Origin: Octopus sinensis | Taxonomy: Eukaryota | Direction: 5' to 3' | DNA length: 64,000 nucleotides | Assembly: GCF_006345805.1 (NCBI RefSeq) | Contig: NC_043002.1 | Coordinates: 16,306,001 to 16,370,000 of the forward strand | Part shown: piece after piece, positions 38,381 to 52,495 of the stretch | Layout of the letters: each line of letters starts with the position of its first letter | How positions within the stretch are numbered: the stretch's first letter is position 1 | Translations under genes and position numbers: made by a program | Notes under the pieces: model-generated | Database searches by the model: none | What the model saw: only the letters and a program-made list of their open reading frames with translations | What the model was told of the DNA's origin: nothing

Positions 38381-38677
38381 TAAGTGGATGAATGTAAAAT
38401 AGGATATAATCGGAGCGACAAATTATATGTTATCTTATAGTCAAAAATAATGCTTTATATAAATTTGAACATCTATATGCATACGTGTATCGGATATCAC
38501 CATTTCTTCATCGTACTTCATATTTTTTTTCTTAATTGAATTGCTTTTAACATTATCAATTTTATATATAGTGACCAAGTAAATTTTGTAACGTGTCTCC
38601 TTAATTTATGGAATGATGTCCTATACACATATATATACATACACACATGTATATATTTATATTTATATATGTATATA

Positions 38678-38768
<91 letters not shown>

Positions 38769-39854
38769 CATATGTAATAAGGTTGAGGGAGAGTTAGATA
38801 TATGTGCATATATATATGCATATATATATACATGTATATCCATATACAGAGAGCAATGTATCTCCTAAAGATAGGATTTTTAATAAACGTAGGTCCTATA
38901 TTGCTTATTCTGAGAGTAGATATATTGCATAAATAATAGCAAAACAAAGAAAAAAATAATATCGAAATTTAAACACAGACATTCTAATAAGTGTAGCAAA
39001 GTAAATATTCAAAATAATAATTTCAAAGGGAATAATGAAAATTCAAATTGAAGAAAACGCTAAGAGTTTAAAAGTCACCGAATGAGAATCAACCTAATTT
39101 AACGTAGTTAATAACGTAAAATCGAATGAAAATTCGGCTAGGAATAGATCAAGTTTAACATTATATGAATGACTAAATAATAATGAAAACGTGGTGGGAA
39201 TGAATTGGACTTGACCATGAATGATAAGATTAATAGTTAATCTGAGAGAAATATAAAAATTATTTCTGTAATTTTTCTAAACTGTACTCCTGTTGTATGA
39301 TTAATGAATGTAAAACTAAAAATACAATATATAGATGCAAAGTTGCATCTGACGGTGCAACTGCACTAATTTTAAATAAAAAAGCCGACTAATCACTTAA
39401 GTTCATGAAAAACTTCAAACTACTCTCTAAGTGAATTAATTTGCTCAATTAAAGACGGAAATAAATACTATACTATCAATTAGGAATTCATCAGTACTGC
39501 AAAACCATACAAAATTGGAACTAATATATGTGATCTATATTTTCAAGAATTTTATCAAATTTCTTACATCAAAGGATGATATAATAAATTATAGACAGGA
39601 ACAAATTTAAAATGTTTGCATACGAAGAAATTTATCGATGCTTAATCTAAATGAGTAATAAATGCTTAAACAACAGAATGTTTTGAAATATCTGGCTACA
39701 ATATTATTGTAAATTATTAAGTATAATATTCTCATATATTTTAATAATTTTTATTCACTTAGGTCAGTTTTTAAAATTGTCCGCGGCATTAAAAATGATT
39801 GTCGAGAAATGGATGAAGTGTGCGTGGTTTTGGCCCTGGGTTTGTATTACTCAC

Positions 39855-39893
39855 TGGGGAGAAGAATGTGGTCATTCACAATGTCCGAAATCA
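39855..39893 (-). CDS. Candidate 39-nt exon (V)ISDIVNDHILLP
   Basis: aatatatcacag|..CTCCCCA|gtgagt; only phase 1->1 is open. Confidence 0.3.
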
Positions 39894-40384
39894 CTGTGAT
39901 ATATTTGTATTACTGATTTTCATTTTCGATTCTCTTCGTCTATGGTAGGGGGTCTTAAAATTTGAATGCCCGTTATACTTAGGTAAAGACGATTTTAAAG
40001 CTAATGCTATGCTACTTCGGAATAATTTTCATCTATATATATAACACCGAAACGCGTCCACAGTTAATCAACTGCCGAGTGAATTCGTTGTTTTTTCTCT
40101 TTGCCTACGTGGATTGTTTTTGGGTATATGTTATCTGGGAGATTTTCTTATGGTAGAGAAATAGCAAAATTTTTCTTTTTTTCGGGGGTTGGTGCTATTT
40201 CTATATTTCAGTATGTGGTGAAGCAATTTTAATTTTTTTGCTGAACACCAATTATAATTATACACGTAATTATGAAAATTATTGTTTATGTTTACCGAAA
40301 ATGGTTCTTTTAACATGCTGAAACTACTTGGTAAGATTATTAATTATCAATTAATAAATTAATTTTTACCCTTTATTATTATTG

Positions 40385-40386
<2 letters not shown>

Positions 40387-40422
<36 letters not shown>

Positions 40423-40427
40423 GGGAG

Positions 40428-40498
<71 letters not shown>

Positions 40499-40552
40499 CA
40501 GATAGATAGATAGATAGATAGAAAGATAGATAGATAGATAGATGGATAGATA

Positions 40553-40605
<53 letters not shown>

Positions 40606-41392
40606 AAGATAGATAGATAGATAGATGGATAGATAAATAGATAGATAGATAGATATGCATTGAATGGGAGATATGGCTGCAAAAATAGCGGCACATCGAG
40701 ACAGAGACTGGGGGATATTGAAAACCTTTAATATGCATACACACTGCAATGGCCGTGAGAATGCAATATTCATTCCAGGAAAAAAAAAAATCAGAAAGCC
40801 AACATTCTGTATATAAATTTCATTAATTATATCGCTAAAGAATAAATCTTTATTTCGAAGACGCTCCTCCAATAAACCAATTTCTATCAAAATGTGTGCT
40901 GGTACCTTTACCAAATATGTGGCCTCCAGTGATTGATAACTGATGGTGCTTACCGATTTGCTTATTAAGTAGAAAATCTCTAATCTGCTTTTATGCATAT
41001 ATTCACAGTCTATTTATCGAGGCTAAATATTTGGTTTTATCAAAATTTACAAAGTACATTCTTTTGGGAGGTACTTTGATTTCTCTCTCGAAACGGATTA
41101 TTTTTCTTTTTTTTTACGTTCACCATTCCGGTACATTTATCTTCGTTTCGGATGTTACATTAGTTTGATAGAAATGTTTAGTCAGAGATAACTTATCAGG
41201 AAATGCACTTAACATTTTGTACCAAAAAAGAAAAAAAAAATTGAGATTGAAGTTAGGATGTGGAAGGATTAAAAGAAATTTATACCTTTATGTGTGTATA
41301 TATACAGAAAATAACACATGTTTACACTCAAAAACACACACATATATATACGTATATATATATATATTATATATATATATATACAGAGGGAG

Positions 41393-41427
<35 letters not shown>

Positions 41428-41459
41428 AGATAGATAGATAGAGAGATAGATAGATAGAC

Positions 41460-41501
<42 letters not shown>

Positions 41502-42286
41502 TAGATAGATAGATAGATAGATGATAGATAGATAGATGATAGATAGATAGATGATAGATAGATAGATAGATAGATAGTAGATAGATAGATATGCATTGAA
41601 TGGGAGATATGGCTGCAAAAATAGCGGCACATCGAGACAGAGACTGGGGGATATTGAAAACCTTTAATATGCATACACACTGCAATGGCCGTGAGAATGC
41701 AATATTCATTCCAGGAAAAAAAAAAATCAGAAAGCCAACATTCTGTATATAAATTTCATTAATTATATCGCTAAAGAATAAATCTTTATTTCGAAGACGC
41801 TCCTCCAATAAACCAATTTCTATCAAAATGTGTGCTGGTACCTTTACCAAATATGTGGCCTCCAGTGATTGATAACTGATGGTGCTTACCGATTTGCTTA
41901 TTAAGTAGAAAATCTCTAATCTGCTTTTATGCATATATTCACAGTCTATTTATCGAGGCTAAATATTTGGTTTTATCAAAATTTACAAAGTACATTCTTT
42001 TGGGAGGTACTTTGATTTCTCTCTCGAAACGGATTATTTTTCTTTTTTTTTACGTTCACCATTCCGGTACATTTATCTTCGTTTCGGATGTTACATTAGT
42101 TTGATAGAAATGTTTAGTCAGAGATAACTTATCAGGAAATGCACTTAACATTTTGTACCAAAAAAGAAAAAAAAAATTGAGATTGAAGTTAGGATGTGGA
42201 AGGATTAAAAGAAATTTATACCTTTATGTGTGTATATATACAGAAAATAACACATGTTTACACTCAAAAACACACACATATATATA

Positions 42287-42310
<24 letters not shown>
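40387..42310. repeat. Tandem duplication, period 936 bp in the unique part
   Basis: Unique sequence at 40655-41370 recurs at 41591-42305 (for example ttgtacc at 41217 and 42153). The copies differ mainly in the (GATA)n tract; junctions lie in (TA)n. Confidence 0.92.
40954..40984 (-). CDS. Candidate 31-nt exon IRDFLLNKQI (duplicated at 41890-41920)
   Basis: Strong donor ATCG|gtaagc, purine-rich weak acceptor aaaagcag|; phase 0->1. Confidence 0.2.
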
Positions 42311-42319
<9 letters not shown>

Positions 42320-42951
42320 ATATGAATTTGTTTTCACACACCGTATAAACAGAAAACGCATGAATAAATCGAGTCACACAACACACATGCGTGCACGCTC
42401 ACCTAACATACACACACACATGCACGCACACACGCAGGTGCACACACACGCATATATGCATGTATATAAAAAATGCGTGGGAAAATCGGGAGATAGAAAG
42501 AGACAGGTGATTAGAATGTCAATGATAGCCAAATAGTACCTTACAAGTAAAAGGATATATATATTAATCTGTATAAACTTCCCTCTTTTTAGTTATAGCT
42601 TGTTCAGTGTTACAAACGAGACATGGGTTCAATTCGACCCATGTGTGCTCTCTGACAGAATTATCAGAACATATTCGGGAAAACAATGAATAGAAGATCA
42701 GTTAATTTCTTGTTGCAAAAAAAAAGAAAAACATTATTAATTTGTGTCCTAGTATTCATAGAAAACATATTGATTTCCGGCATAGACTCATGAACCAATA
42801 ATTATTTTATCAATCACTGACTGATATATATATGTTCACTGTGGATAGATTATTTATTCTTCATACAATATTTAAGTAGGAATGTTTTCGTTGAGATCGT
42901 GATTATGGTTTTATCACCGTTATCTTTAAATATATATATATATATATACTG

Positions 42952-43341
42952 TGGAGGCGCAATGGCCCAGTGGTTAGGGCAGCGGACTCGCGGTCATGGG
43001 ATCGCGGTTTCGATTCCCAGACCGGGCGTTGTGAGTGTTTATTGAGCGAAAACACCTAAAGCTCCACGAGGCTCCGGCAGAGATGGTGGTGATCCCTGCT
43101 GTACTCTTTCACCACAACTTTCTCTCACTCTTACTTCCTGTTTCTGTTGTACCTGTATTTCAAAGGGCCGTCCTTGTCACTCTCTGTGTCACGCTGAATA
43201 TCCCCGAGAACTACGTTAAGGGTACACGTGTCTGTGGAGTGCTCAGCCACTTACACGTTACTTTCACGAGCAGGCTGTTCCGTTGATCGGATCAACCGGA
43301 ACCCTCGTCGTCGTGACCGACGGAGTGCTTCTTTCTCTTCT
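42952..43341 (+). mobile_element. Young full-length tRNA-derived SINE with 13-bp TSD
   Basis: A box tggcccagtgg, B box gtttcgattcc; TSD tatatatatactg at 42939-42951 and 43342-43354. Confidence 0.92.
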
Positions 43342-43825
43342 TATATATATACTGTTTTTTAGTTTCAGCTCAGACCTATGTCGATGCTGGGGTACTGCCG
43401 TTTTGTTACACTGTTATTATTGAGAGTATCCTCTAATATGATGCATTTGGTGAATAAGGGAGTTTGAAGTATCTACCCTCATTGGCACCTCTTACCGCGA
43501 GGTAATTTCATCCGGGACTCTCGAAAAGAAGCGCGGTCCAGTTTCGATTTGAAATAACCTATATCAACTTTGTATAGGTCCCTCAGACTCTTTGGGAGCT
43601 ACTTACCACACAGCCACGTCTGCGCCTATTAATTGATGAATTTTATATATACATATTAGCGAATCGCTAAATCATCCAAATAATTCGTTATGTGTTGAAA
43701 ATACGCCAAACTGAAGCAGCGTTCGGTAATTTCCATGTAATATGGAAAACATATATATTAAACATACGAAAACAGAAATGCTAATCGCGAAACGAATCCG
43801 GAAAGAGCCGAACAATCGAGTGGTC

Positions 43826-43880
43826 TTGACTAATATATCAACGGAAATTGCCGAAAATTAAGGCTTCAGTATTAAAAATC
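43826..43880 (+). ncRNA. Decayed copy of the 20819-20865 hammerhead family
   Basis: caacggaaattgccGAAA..GTAttaaaaat is retained; the CUGAUGA core has decayed to ctaatat. Confidence 0.55.
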
Positions 43881-44032
43881 TTCGATCGGCACTTTTCGGA
43901 CTATTATGGTTCATGTAAGTGTGTATAGCTTCATTGACATGCGTTAACAACAGCATTAGCGCGTTTTAGTTCTAACTACTAGCAATGCACGTTTTTCCTA
44001 ACACCTTAGTCACATGTAGAGACATTTATATG

Positions 44033-44087
<55 letters not shown>

Positions 44088-44090
44088 GAG

Positions 44091-44128
<38 letters not shown>

Positions 44129-44140
44129 AATAGATAGATG

Positions 44141-44190
<50 letters not shown>

Positions 44191-44588
44191 AGTGCTTATG
44201 TGTCTGTGTGCGTGTCTTTGTGCGTTTGTTCCGATGAAAATACATAATATCTCTGGGGTAAAATATATTGTTTAGAATGACAGATGTTACGCTAAGCATC
44301 ATAATGATCATCACTTCATTCCACATTTACTAGAATAGACATTTATTCAGAGAATGGGTGCTAATTTGAAAACTAGCCTGTAAAATGCTGAAATACTGAA
44401 ACAATAAAATACAATACATCAAAGTGTATATTGAGAAGAGAATATATTTCAAAACGAATAAAAAAAAAGCAATGCCATACCATTTCAACTATGAATAGGA
44501 AATGGCGGTATTGTATTGCATATGCTTTCATCTGAGATGAGACATGAATGGCAGTGGAAAATGAGGTAACACGAACGTTATATACTGT

Positions 44589-45158
44589 TTTCTTGTCTAG
44601 GCACAAGGCGCGAAATTTTGGGAGAGGAGGCCAGTCAACTCGATCGGCGGAATTTCAACTCAGAACGGAAATACAGACGAAATACTGTTAAGCATTTCAC
44701 CGAAGTTTCTTATTTCTTTACTGCCCACAAGGGGCTACACAGAGAGGAGACAAACAAGAAAAGGCAAACGGATTAAGTTGATTATATTGACCCCAGTGAG
44801 TCAGTAGTACTTATATAATCGACCCAGAAAGAATGAAAGGCAAGGTCGATCCTGGCGAAATTTGAACTCAGAACGTAGCAGCAGACGAAATACCACTAAG
44901 CATTTTGCCCGGCGTGCTGACGTTTCCTATTTTTTTATTGCCCAAAGGTGCTTAACATAGATGGGACAAACAAAGACAAACAAACGGATTAATTCGATTA
45001 GATTGACCCCAGTGCGTAATGATACTTTTTTAATTAACCCCGAAAGGATGAAAGGCAAAGTCGACCTCGACGGAATTTGAACTCAGAACGTATCGGCAGA
45101 CGAAATACGGCTAAGCATTTCGCCTGGCGCGCTAACTATTCTGTCAACTCGCCGCCCT
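44589..45158 (-). mobile_element. Cluster of three tandem SINE units (ggcggcgagctggcag family)
   Basis: Repeated gaaaggcaa(a)gtcga..atttgaactcagaacg..gacgaaatac..aagcattt; ends at ctcgccgcc. Confidence 0.9.
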
Positions 45159-45583
45159 ACGAACGTTATATAGTAGACACTTCTTCAAAAGATAAAGCAA
45201 ACAACAATTTGTGTGCGTTTTGTTCTCAATTAATTTCATAATTTTGACATTTACTCTGCAATATTTTATATTTCATAAGAAACGATCTAATTAGATTTAT
45301 ATCGGAATTGTCAACGTTAAAAAGCTAGTTTATGCAACAAATTGCGATACATACAAACAAGGTCTTTGCGAAACATTATCGATCGACATTCGACAGTAAT
45401 ATATTAATAATTTGTTCAAAAGGATAAACAAGGTTGATATGAACGTAAAAGAAGTATGGATGCCCAAGCGTTCTATGACGCAGAGACATATATCAATGCA
45501 CAGAATGTAATTATAGTCACTTGATTTGTTTTGAGTGCAGTGTGAATAGCATTCTCATTAATAAATCTGAGAAAGTTAGTCAC

Positions 45584-45609
45584 CTGATACAACCTAGATA
45601 TATTCATAC
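45584..45609 (-). CDS. Candidate 26-nt exon (G)MNISRLYQ
   Basis: catttggcatgtgtttag|GTATGAATATATCTAGGTTGTATCAG|gtgact; phase 1->0. Confidence 0.3.
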
Positions 45610-45690
45610 CTAAACACATGCCAAATGTACCGAAACCTATATATACATACATACATAAATACACACATACATACATAAATATATATATAT

Positions 45691-45730
<40 letters not shown>

Positions 45731-45843
45731 TATATATACATATATATGTTTATACATATAGACAGATAGATTGATACATACATATATATATATATATGCA
45801 TATATATATATATATATATATGCATATATATAATATATCAATC

Positions 45844-45876
<33 letters not shown>

Positions 45877-45956
45877 AATATATACATATAGTTATATATA
45901 CATACATATATATATATCAATTATGTATGTATATATGCATATATATATATATCAAT

Positions 45957-46002
<46 letters not shown>

Positions 46003-46350
46003 ATGTATGTATACATAATCATCATTTCGGCTCAATTGTAGTATCTAGTGGCAAGAGGACGCGTAATATTGATCAATATAATTCACGAGAGACGAAGCAC
46101 ATGAAACAAAACGATTTCTGCGTTATTAATATTATGCGCGATTATTCTATTATTCCGCTCGATAAGCGTGAAATTAAAAGCAAAATGAAAAATATTGAAT
46201 GTTGATATCTAATCATTCTTTATCACCTATTTTTCTTTTCGCTTTGTAGTGGATATTGATGATAATTATATATGTGTAACATGATTAACGTATATGCGTC
46301 CGTATGCGTATGTATGCGGGCGTATATCGTATATATATACACATATATAT

Positions 46351-46508
<158 letters not shown>

Positions 46509-46751
46509 ATCATACATACCTACTCCCGTAAATATCTAGGTAAATATTTGTAGTTGTTTTGATTCGTGTTGTTTTTAATTAGGTAAGGGGCTAGAATTAT
46601 CTGTTTATTTCTGTACACTACATATATGTTTTTGAAAATGACCAGTTACTATCGATATAAAATTCTTCGAGTGTAATCATCAAGTTGTATGTAAAGTTTT
46701 TAAAAGGTTTTTTCTTGATATTTTTTGCATACATTATCGTTCACATCTTAC

Positions 46752-46773
46752 CCTTCGACTCAAGCAAAATGGT
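46752..46773 (-). CDS. Candidate 22-nt exon TILLESK(G)
   Basis: attttatgtattttacag|ACCATTTTGCTTGAGTCGAAGG|gtaaga; strong sites on both sides. Confidence 0.45.
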
Positions 46774-47008
46774 CTGTAAAATACATAAAATGGAAAGTAG
46801 ATAAATTGTCAAAATTATTTATGCTATGTCTGTAAGAAAGTCAGCGACGAAATTCCTGCTTTAATGGGTTTCGTCTTAGTTCAATAAAGCGTGGAATTGA
46901 TATTAACTACACATACAATATCAAAATACACTCATTAATGCATGTACGCCAATACGTATAGATGTAAAGACATATACATACATGCACACGCACATAAACA
47001 CACGACAT

Positions 47009-47048
<40 letters not shown>

Positions 47049-47480
47049 GTGTGTGTGTGTGTGTGTGTGTGTGAGTTTGTGTGTGTGTGTATAACTAAAT
47101 ATATTCTTATTTCGTCGTCTCTAAACAACTGATATATATTCGCTAATCTGTGCGTAAATTGGAATTGAATCAAACTTCTAAAATACACGAAGCACCAAAC
47201 GAACTAGGTGAAGTTCATTTATTTCGGAAGTTCATTCACTTGATGTGTCGCTATTCCTTCAATGATCATGAACTTGGTTCACATCTACAATGTTTTCCTT
47301 TCTTATTTGAGCATATTTGTTTTACACTGGTTCCGATCTCTATACTGTGCAGTTCTTTTATGTTCAAAATCACAACATTATCGTGCGTTTTAAGATATAT
47401 TGCTCCACTATATCACGTTCTATATTTTTTGTGAAATGAAAAAGAGCGCCTGCGAGATGATTTCCCATTCCTTGCCTTAC

Positions 47481-47510
47481 CATGTTTCGAATCTCTCAGT
47501 GGTTTAGCCT
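47481..47510 (-). CDS. Candidate 30-nt exon (E)AKPLRDSKH
   Basis: caaagtacag|..ACATG|gtaagg. Only phase 1->1 is open, and it is not directly phase-compatible with 46752-46773. Confidence 0.2.
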
Positions 47511-47567
47511 CTGTACTTTGATCCAAATGAAAATGCTTTGAAATTTATATTCATTTCTATGTGCCTA

Positions 47568-48050
47568 GGGCCAGGTTGCACTTGAGTGCTACTGGCCAGA
47601 ACAATCTGATTGTGAGGAGGGTGATTGTTGGACATCCTGCGGGACAAAAATAAGACCCGTCAAAGGGCGGAAGAACTACTGTGTATTCAACGGCCAATTC
47701 AACAAGTACCTTCTCGCGGTGAAGTGCCTGTGTGCCCCATTGATCTGGAAAGCTATGCTGGAGGGAGAGAAATCTCCAGGTAGGTGTAACCAGGCCAGAC
47801 TGGTCGAAGGGTAGGAGACAGACAAAACATTATCGATAATAAATTGTTATAAGCAGTACCTAACAGATCAGATTCCTGGATTTGAACTAGCAGGATGTCA
47901 TGCAGAGAATCTTGAATACCAAACAATGGACGAGATCCCAATATTCCCAGTTTGATGGAAACTATGGGGCCACATGGAGCAGTGTCCAGTGACTCCAATA
48001 GTATGCGCAACCGAAATCCCTATAAGGGGTGTCCTATATGATGAACTACA
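47568..48050 (+). mobile_element. GC-richer interspersed repeat, probably the 5' region of an RTE-clade LINE
   Basis: Composition shift against the flanks; resembles cephalopod RTE 5' UTR sequence from recall; ends in a weak VLYDEL motif. Not verified. Confidence 0.4.
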
Positions 48051-50135
48051 TGAGATGAGATTTTGTGTTCGATTACTGCTAACGAGGACCCGAAATGTAA
48101 ATGGTGAATGCGTTATTGCTTATGATTTGCTTTCTTAAATGGAAGAGAGCACATATTTTCGTTTTACTTTCATATTGATAGCAACTAATATCTTTGTTTT
48201 TGACACCATCACTATTAAAACTGTTTGAGACGCGCTCTGGACTTTTGTTCCATCTTTAAATCTCTATACTAAATCTTAATACGTGGTAATATTCTAGCAT
48301 GTCTGCAAGATGAATGTTAGTAAAACTTCGTAACGGATTCAAATTTTTTCGCGTGAAAATCTCTATGTATGGAATTCAACGTACATACTGGTTCACCGTG
48401 TTATACTCTTATAGAATCAATACGATTCTTATGATATTCTCCGTCATGTCCTCATCGCCTGTCATTGAATTGTAAAGATTCAACTGTACTTCCCATGTTA
48501 ACCTTATTAATATATTTCCAGATGTATAGAGAAACAGAATACTCCAAGCATAATAGTTATCACCTGCATGTTTCAAACGTAACAGCATTTTAGCTAAGAT
48601 TCATTTAGAGAAAATGTTATTTTGTGTTTAGTTATTATTCTATGCACTATTTGGTACATAACGTATACAGTGTTCGTGCCAAGATTTCAGTCATTCACAG
48701 AGTAAATATTGTAGCAAAATGATGTCTTTGATGTAGCAGACGAAGGAGGAAATGGTTTGTACCACAGGATTTTCCTCTCTGTCTGTAAGTTATGTGAACA
48801 ATGTCGCTCCGTTCTCAAAAAGAATCAAATTGAACAATAGATAATATATTACTGAGGCACTCCTATGTCGCATAAAAGTGAAACCAGAGGCTCTTGATTA
48901 TGCTTACTTACATACGACATACAAATATGCGCTATGTGCGTATGTGTGTGTGTATGTGTGTGACAAAGGAGAGAATGTATGTCTAATTGTGTGCATGTAT
49001 TTTCAATTATATACGTACTTCCACCCGACTCTGTAGCTGTTTGTTAATCAAGCAAATCTGATTGAGATATCCTGAGTGATAATATGCAAAATGTAGAAAA
49101 CAGATACGAACAACATACTTACTGTTACTAAGCTGATCACCAAGTTACTTGAGAATCGGCTAACTAGTAACGATTCTACGTTCATATACATAATCTATAT
49201 AACAAATATGCGGATAATATTTATTATGAAGGATATTTATTTTTTTGATTCGCATGACTTGAAGAGGGATATTTTAGCAGATGAATCGTGAAATCTAATG
49301 TTGTCTGTCTGAATATTTTGTTTAGAAATATGCGCATTTGTAACATAAAATAAATTAATTAATTGCAATGTAAATTTAATATATTTTCTTTCATAAAAAT
49401 CTTATTTATTTTGTGCATATCATTTAGAAGTGAATGTATATCAGGTTTTATGCTTTATCTCACAAATAAAAATGGAACGTAATATAAAAAACAAACAGGA
49501 CAAACCATTTAGAGTTCATTTGAAATAAGTAGCTGATAAAAAGTAGTGTGTTTTATCAATTTTTCGCACATTTTAGAAGTATAAAGCATTCAGTTATACA
49601 CTAACTGAATTCTATGGAAAGGATTATGTAACCACGGAAAACCCTACCATTAATATTGCAGAAGACAAATTGCTTTATGGAATTTTGATTAACTGGGAAT
49701 TATGTGAAGCAAGTCCAGTTTAATGTAATAAACAGGTTTAGAATGTTAACCATGAACCAATTAGTGATTCTCTGTAATGGTAAAATATTGAGCGGCAGGC
49801 GTAAGTGCTGGTGTCCTAATACGTACTGCAAATTATGTTGCAACGGAAATGGTTACAATGTTCTCTACAAAAAATATTCAAAGCTGCTGTAACTGCATAT
49901 TAGATTATTTCAGTCTTCAATATGGTGAATATATGATGCTAGAAACGGGATCTTAAATTATATGACACACATATAGACACACACAGGCACGTATATACAC
50001 ACAAAAAACACACATACATAGATCCATATGTTAATGCTTGTTGTTTATATTCAGTTATAAAGCGACAATATTAAGTTAATCTGAAGGGAGTATTCCATAC
50101 TTTTTAGATTACAAATTTGTTATTCATGAATATAA

Positions 50136-50530
50136 GCGCAGGGGTCGCTGTAAGGTAAGTCACTTCCTTACAAACCGCAAGGTTCCGTGTTCAGTCCCAC
50201 AGTGGACTCTTGGGCGTCTTCTAGTAAAGCCTCGGGCCGACCAAAACCCTGTGAATGGATTTGGTAGACGGAAACTGAAAGAAGACCGTCGTATATATGT
50301 ATATATATGTATGTGTTTGTGTGTCTGTGGTTGTCCACACCAATATCGCTTGACAACCAATGTTGGTGTGTTTATGTCCCCGCAACTTGGCTGTTCGGCC
50401 AAAGAGATCGAGAGAATAAGTAATAGGCTTACAAAGAATAAGTCCTGGGGTCAATTTGCTCGACTAAAGGCGGTGCTCCAACATGGCCGCAGTCAAACAA
50501 CTGAAACAAGTACAGGAGATGAAAAGAGAT
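50136..50530 (+). mobile_element. tRNA-derived SINE (same family as 29577)
   Basis: gttcagtcccac..gcctcgggccgaccaaa..gacggaaactgaaagaag..cagtcaaacaactgaaacaag. Confidence 0.9.
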
Positions 50531-50894
50531 AAGTGGATTGAAAGTGACTTCGAAGTTTCGACCAGATAAATCAAGACCAGCTGTATTTTACCCGTTATGT
50601 ACGAGTACGAATTGCCCATTTTCAAGAATGTGTATGACCTCTATTAAATGATCTACAAATATGGCAGGGAATCCAGTTTGCATGAGCATTAAGTAGAGCG
50701 GTATTCAGCTTATAAATACATACACATCATGTACATATAAAATATATTCCAATGCACATGTAAGTATATATGTATATGTATCTGCGTTTGAGTTTGCGTG
50801 CCTGTGTGTATGTGAAAATCATACAATATTGCTAACATGTAAAAGAAGATGGTCCTTTATTCATCTTTGGTGAATGTTGCTTTGACCAGGAAGA

Positions 50895-51115
50895 ACTGAT
50901 GTCATGAGACGATATACAATAATCATCAATAGTTTCGATCCTGAAAGGTTAAACCATCCTTCGGTTGTTTTCGCTCAACAGATGGGACTAAATTGTGGTT
51001 AAACTTGTTGCCCTATAAGTTACTTTTCCTGTTTCATAGCCACGAAGTGGCTCTGTCTGCTGCTTCTTCTATCCTGCACACAGCTACTTCTCGTCGCTTC
51101 TTCTCATTACATTGA
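50895..51115 (-). mobile_element. Probable HERO-like (RLE) LINE 3' remnant
   Basis: KKRREVAVCRIEEAADRATSWL*NRK resembles the HERO C-terminal EAAERASxWLWxxR motif. Confidence 0.45.
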
Positions 51116-51338
51116 CTGCAAAAAAAATTATAGTTTAAATCGAAAATGTTTTTCATACGGAATATATAGTTTTCAATATATTTTATATTACAAGCTTCTT
51201 AAAAAGAGTAACCGCATTTTATACAAATTATGCTATCTAATTATTCCGGATGTAGAACCCATTTAGTCTTCTCAAACATTTTATAGATCACTATACACTG
51301 CACCGAATATTAGCAGTTATGCATGCATACTAGCGATC

Positions 51339-51392
<54 letters not shown>

Positions 51393-51539
51393 TGATTTGA
51401 AAACCCCACTAGAATGGGAAAAAGCGCTAATGATCTGAATGATATGATCTGAATGATATAATATATATAGGTAAAAAATGTAATATATAAATAAATATCT
51501 GTAAATATGAACCATCCGATCTTCTGATTACCTCATTTA

Positions 51540-51594
<55 letters not shown>

Positions 51595-51807
51595 GTAGTG
51601 GATGGATCATGTAAAGAGATTTTTACACACACCACACACACACACATACACACACACACACACATACACACACACAAACGTATATGCGTGAGTATGTGTG
51701 TGTATGTATGTGTACACACACACACACACGCAATTTTGTATTAGAATAGCTAATTTCCCGATAATTTCAAGATCGTTTCAAAATTATTATTATTATTGTC
51801 TCTAATA

Positions 51808-51910
<103 letters not shown>

Positions 51911-52051
51911 ATATATATTTATGTATATATATATATATAAATTATTGAAGAGAACCAAAACGACAGGTCGCAACATGTGTTGTACTCAATAAAGTCTAAT
52001 ACACATTCTATCACATTCTAACAACAAGTAACCTAAATATATATATATATT

Positions 52052-52122
<71 letters not shown>

Positions 52123-52174
52123 TATTATATATATATATATATATTAATATAAATGTATGTATTATGTATGTGTA

Positions 52175-52275
52175 CAGGGATGCATACCTCGGAGGAAGTT
52201 ATTGGGTGGTTAACACCGCAGATATGAATGTACTGCATCTTATACCAGAAACAGCTGTCAATTAATAAAGCTGAT
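52175..52275 (+). mobile_element. PLE pLTR-like remnant with a hammerhead 3' half
   Basis: GAAAC AGCT GTC at 52248-52259 (palindromic stem III); no CUGANGA upstream. Confidence 0.4.
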
Positions 52276-52401
52276 TCCGTAGTTTACGTTCTTTTCTTGT
52301 TTATTTAATTTCATATTATACTCTCTACTCCACGAACGCTCTACTCTGAAGCATGTGTATGTATAGTTCTATAAAGCAGGTTGTCGTTATCTCTATACAC
52401 A

Positions 52402-52495
<94 letters not shown>

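Noticed and set aside
34319-39494. Minus-strand CTGATGA at 34319-34325 and 39488-39494
   Set aside because: No stem II-GAAA-stem III follows, so these are chance heptamers.
42952-43030. tRNA genes at the A/B-box sequences (also 32261, 30040, 56151)
   Set aside because: No complete cloverleaf; each continues into a SINE body, and two have TSDs.
46570-46590. Plus-strand ttttaattag|gtaagg as a recursive splice site
   Set aside because: No plus-strand gene is supported, and the motif is short enough to be chance.
47568-47680. HDV-like or hammerhead ribozyme at the start of the RTE-like repeat
   Set aside because: Only a simple hairpin (ggccag..gcac-ttga-gtgc..ctggcc) could be built; no nested double pseudoknot and no CUGANGA/GAAA pair by eye.
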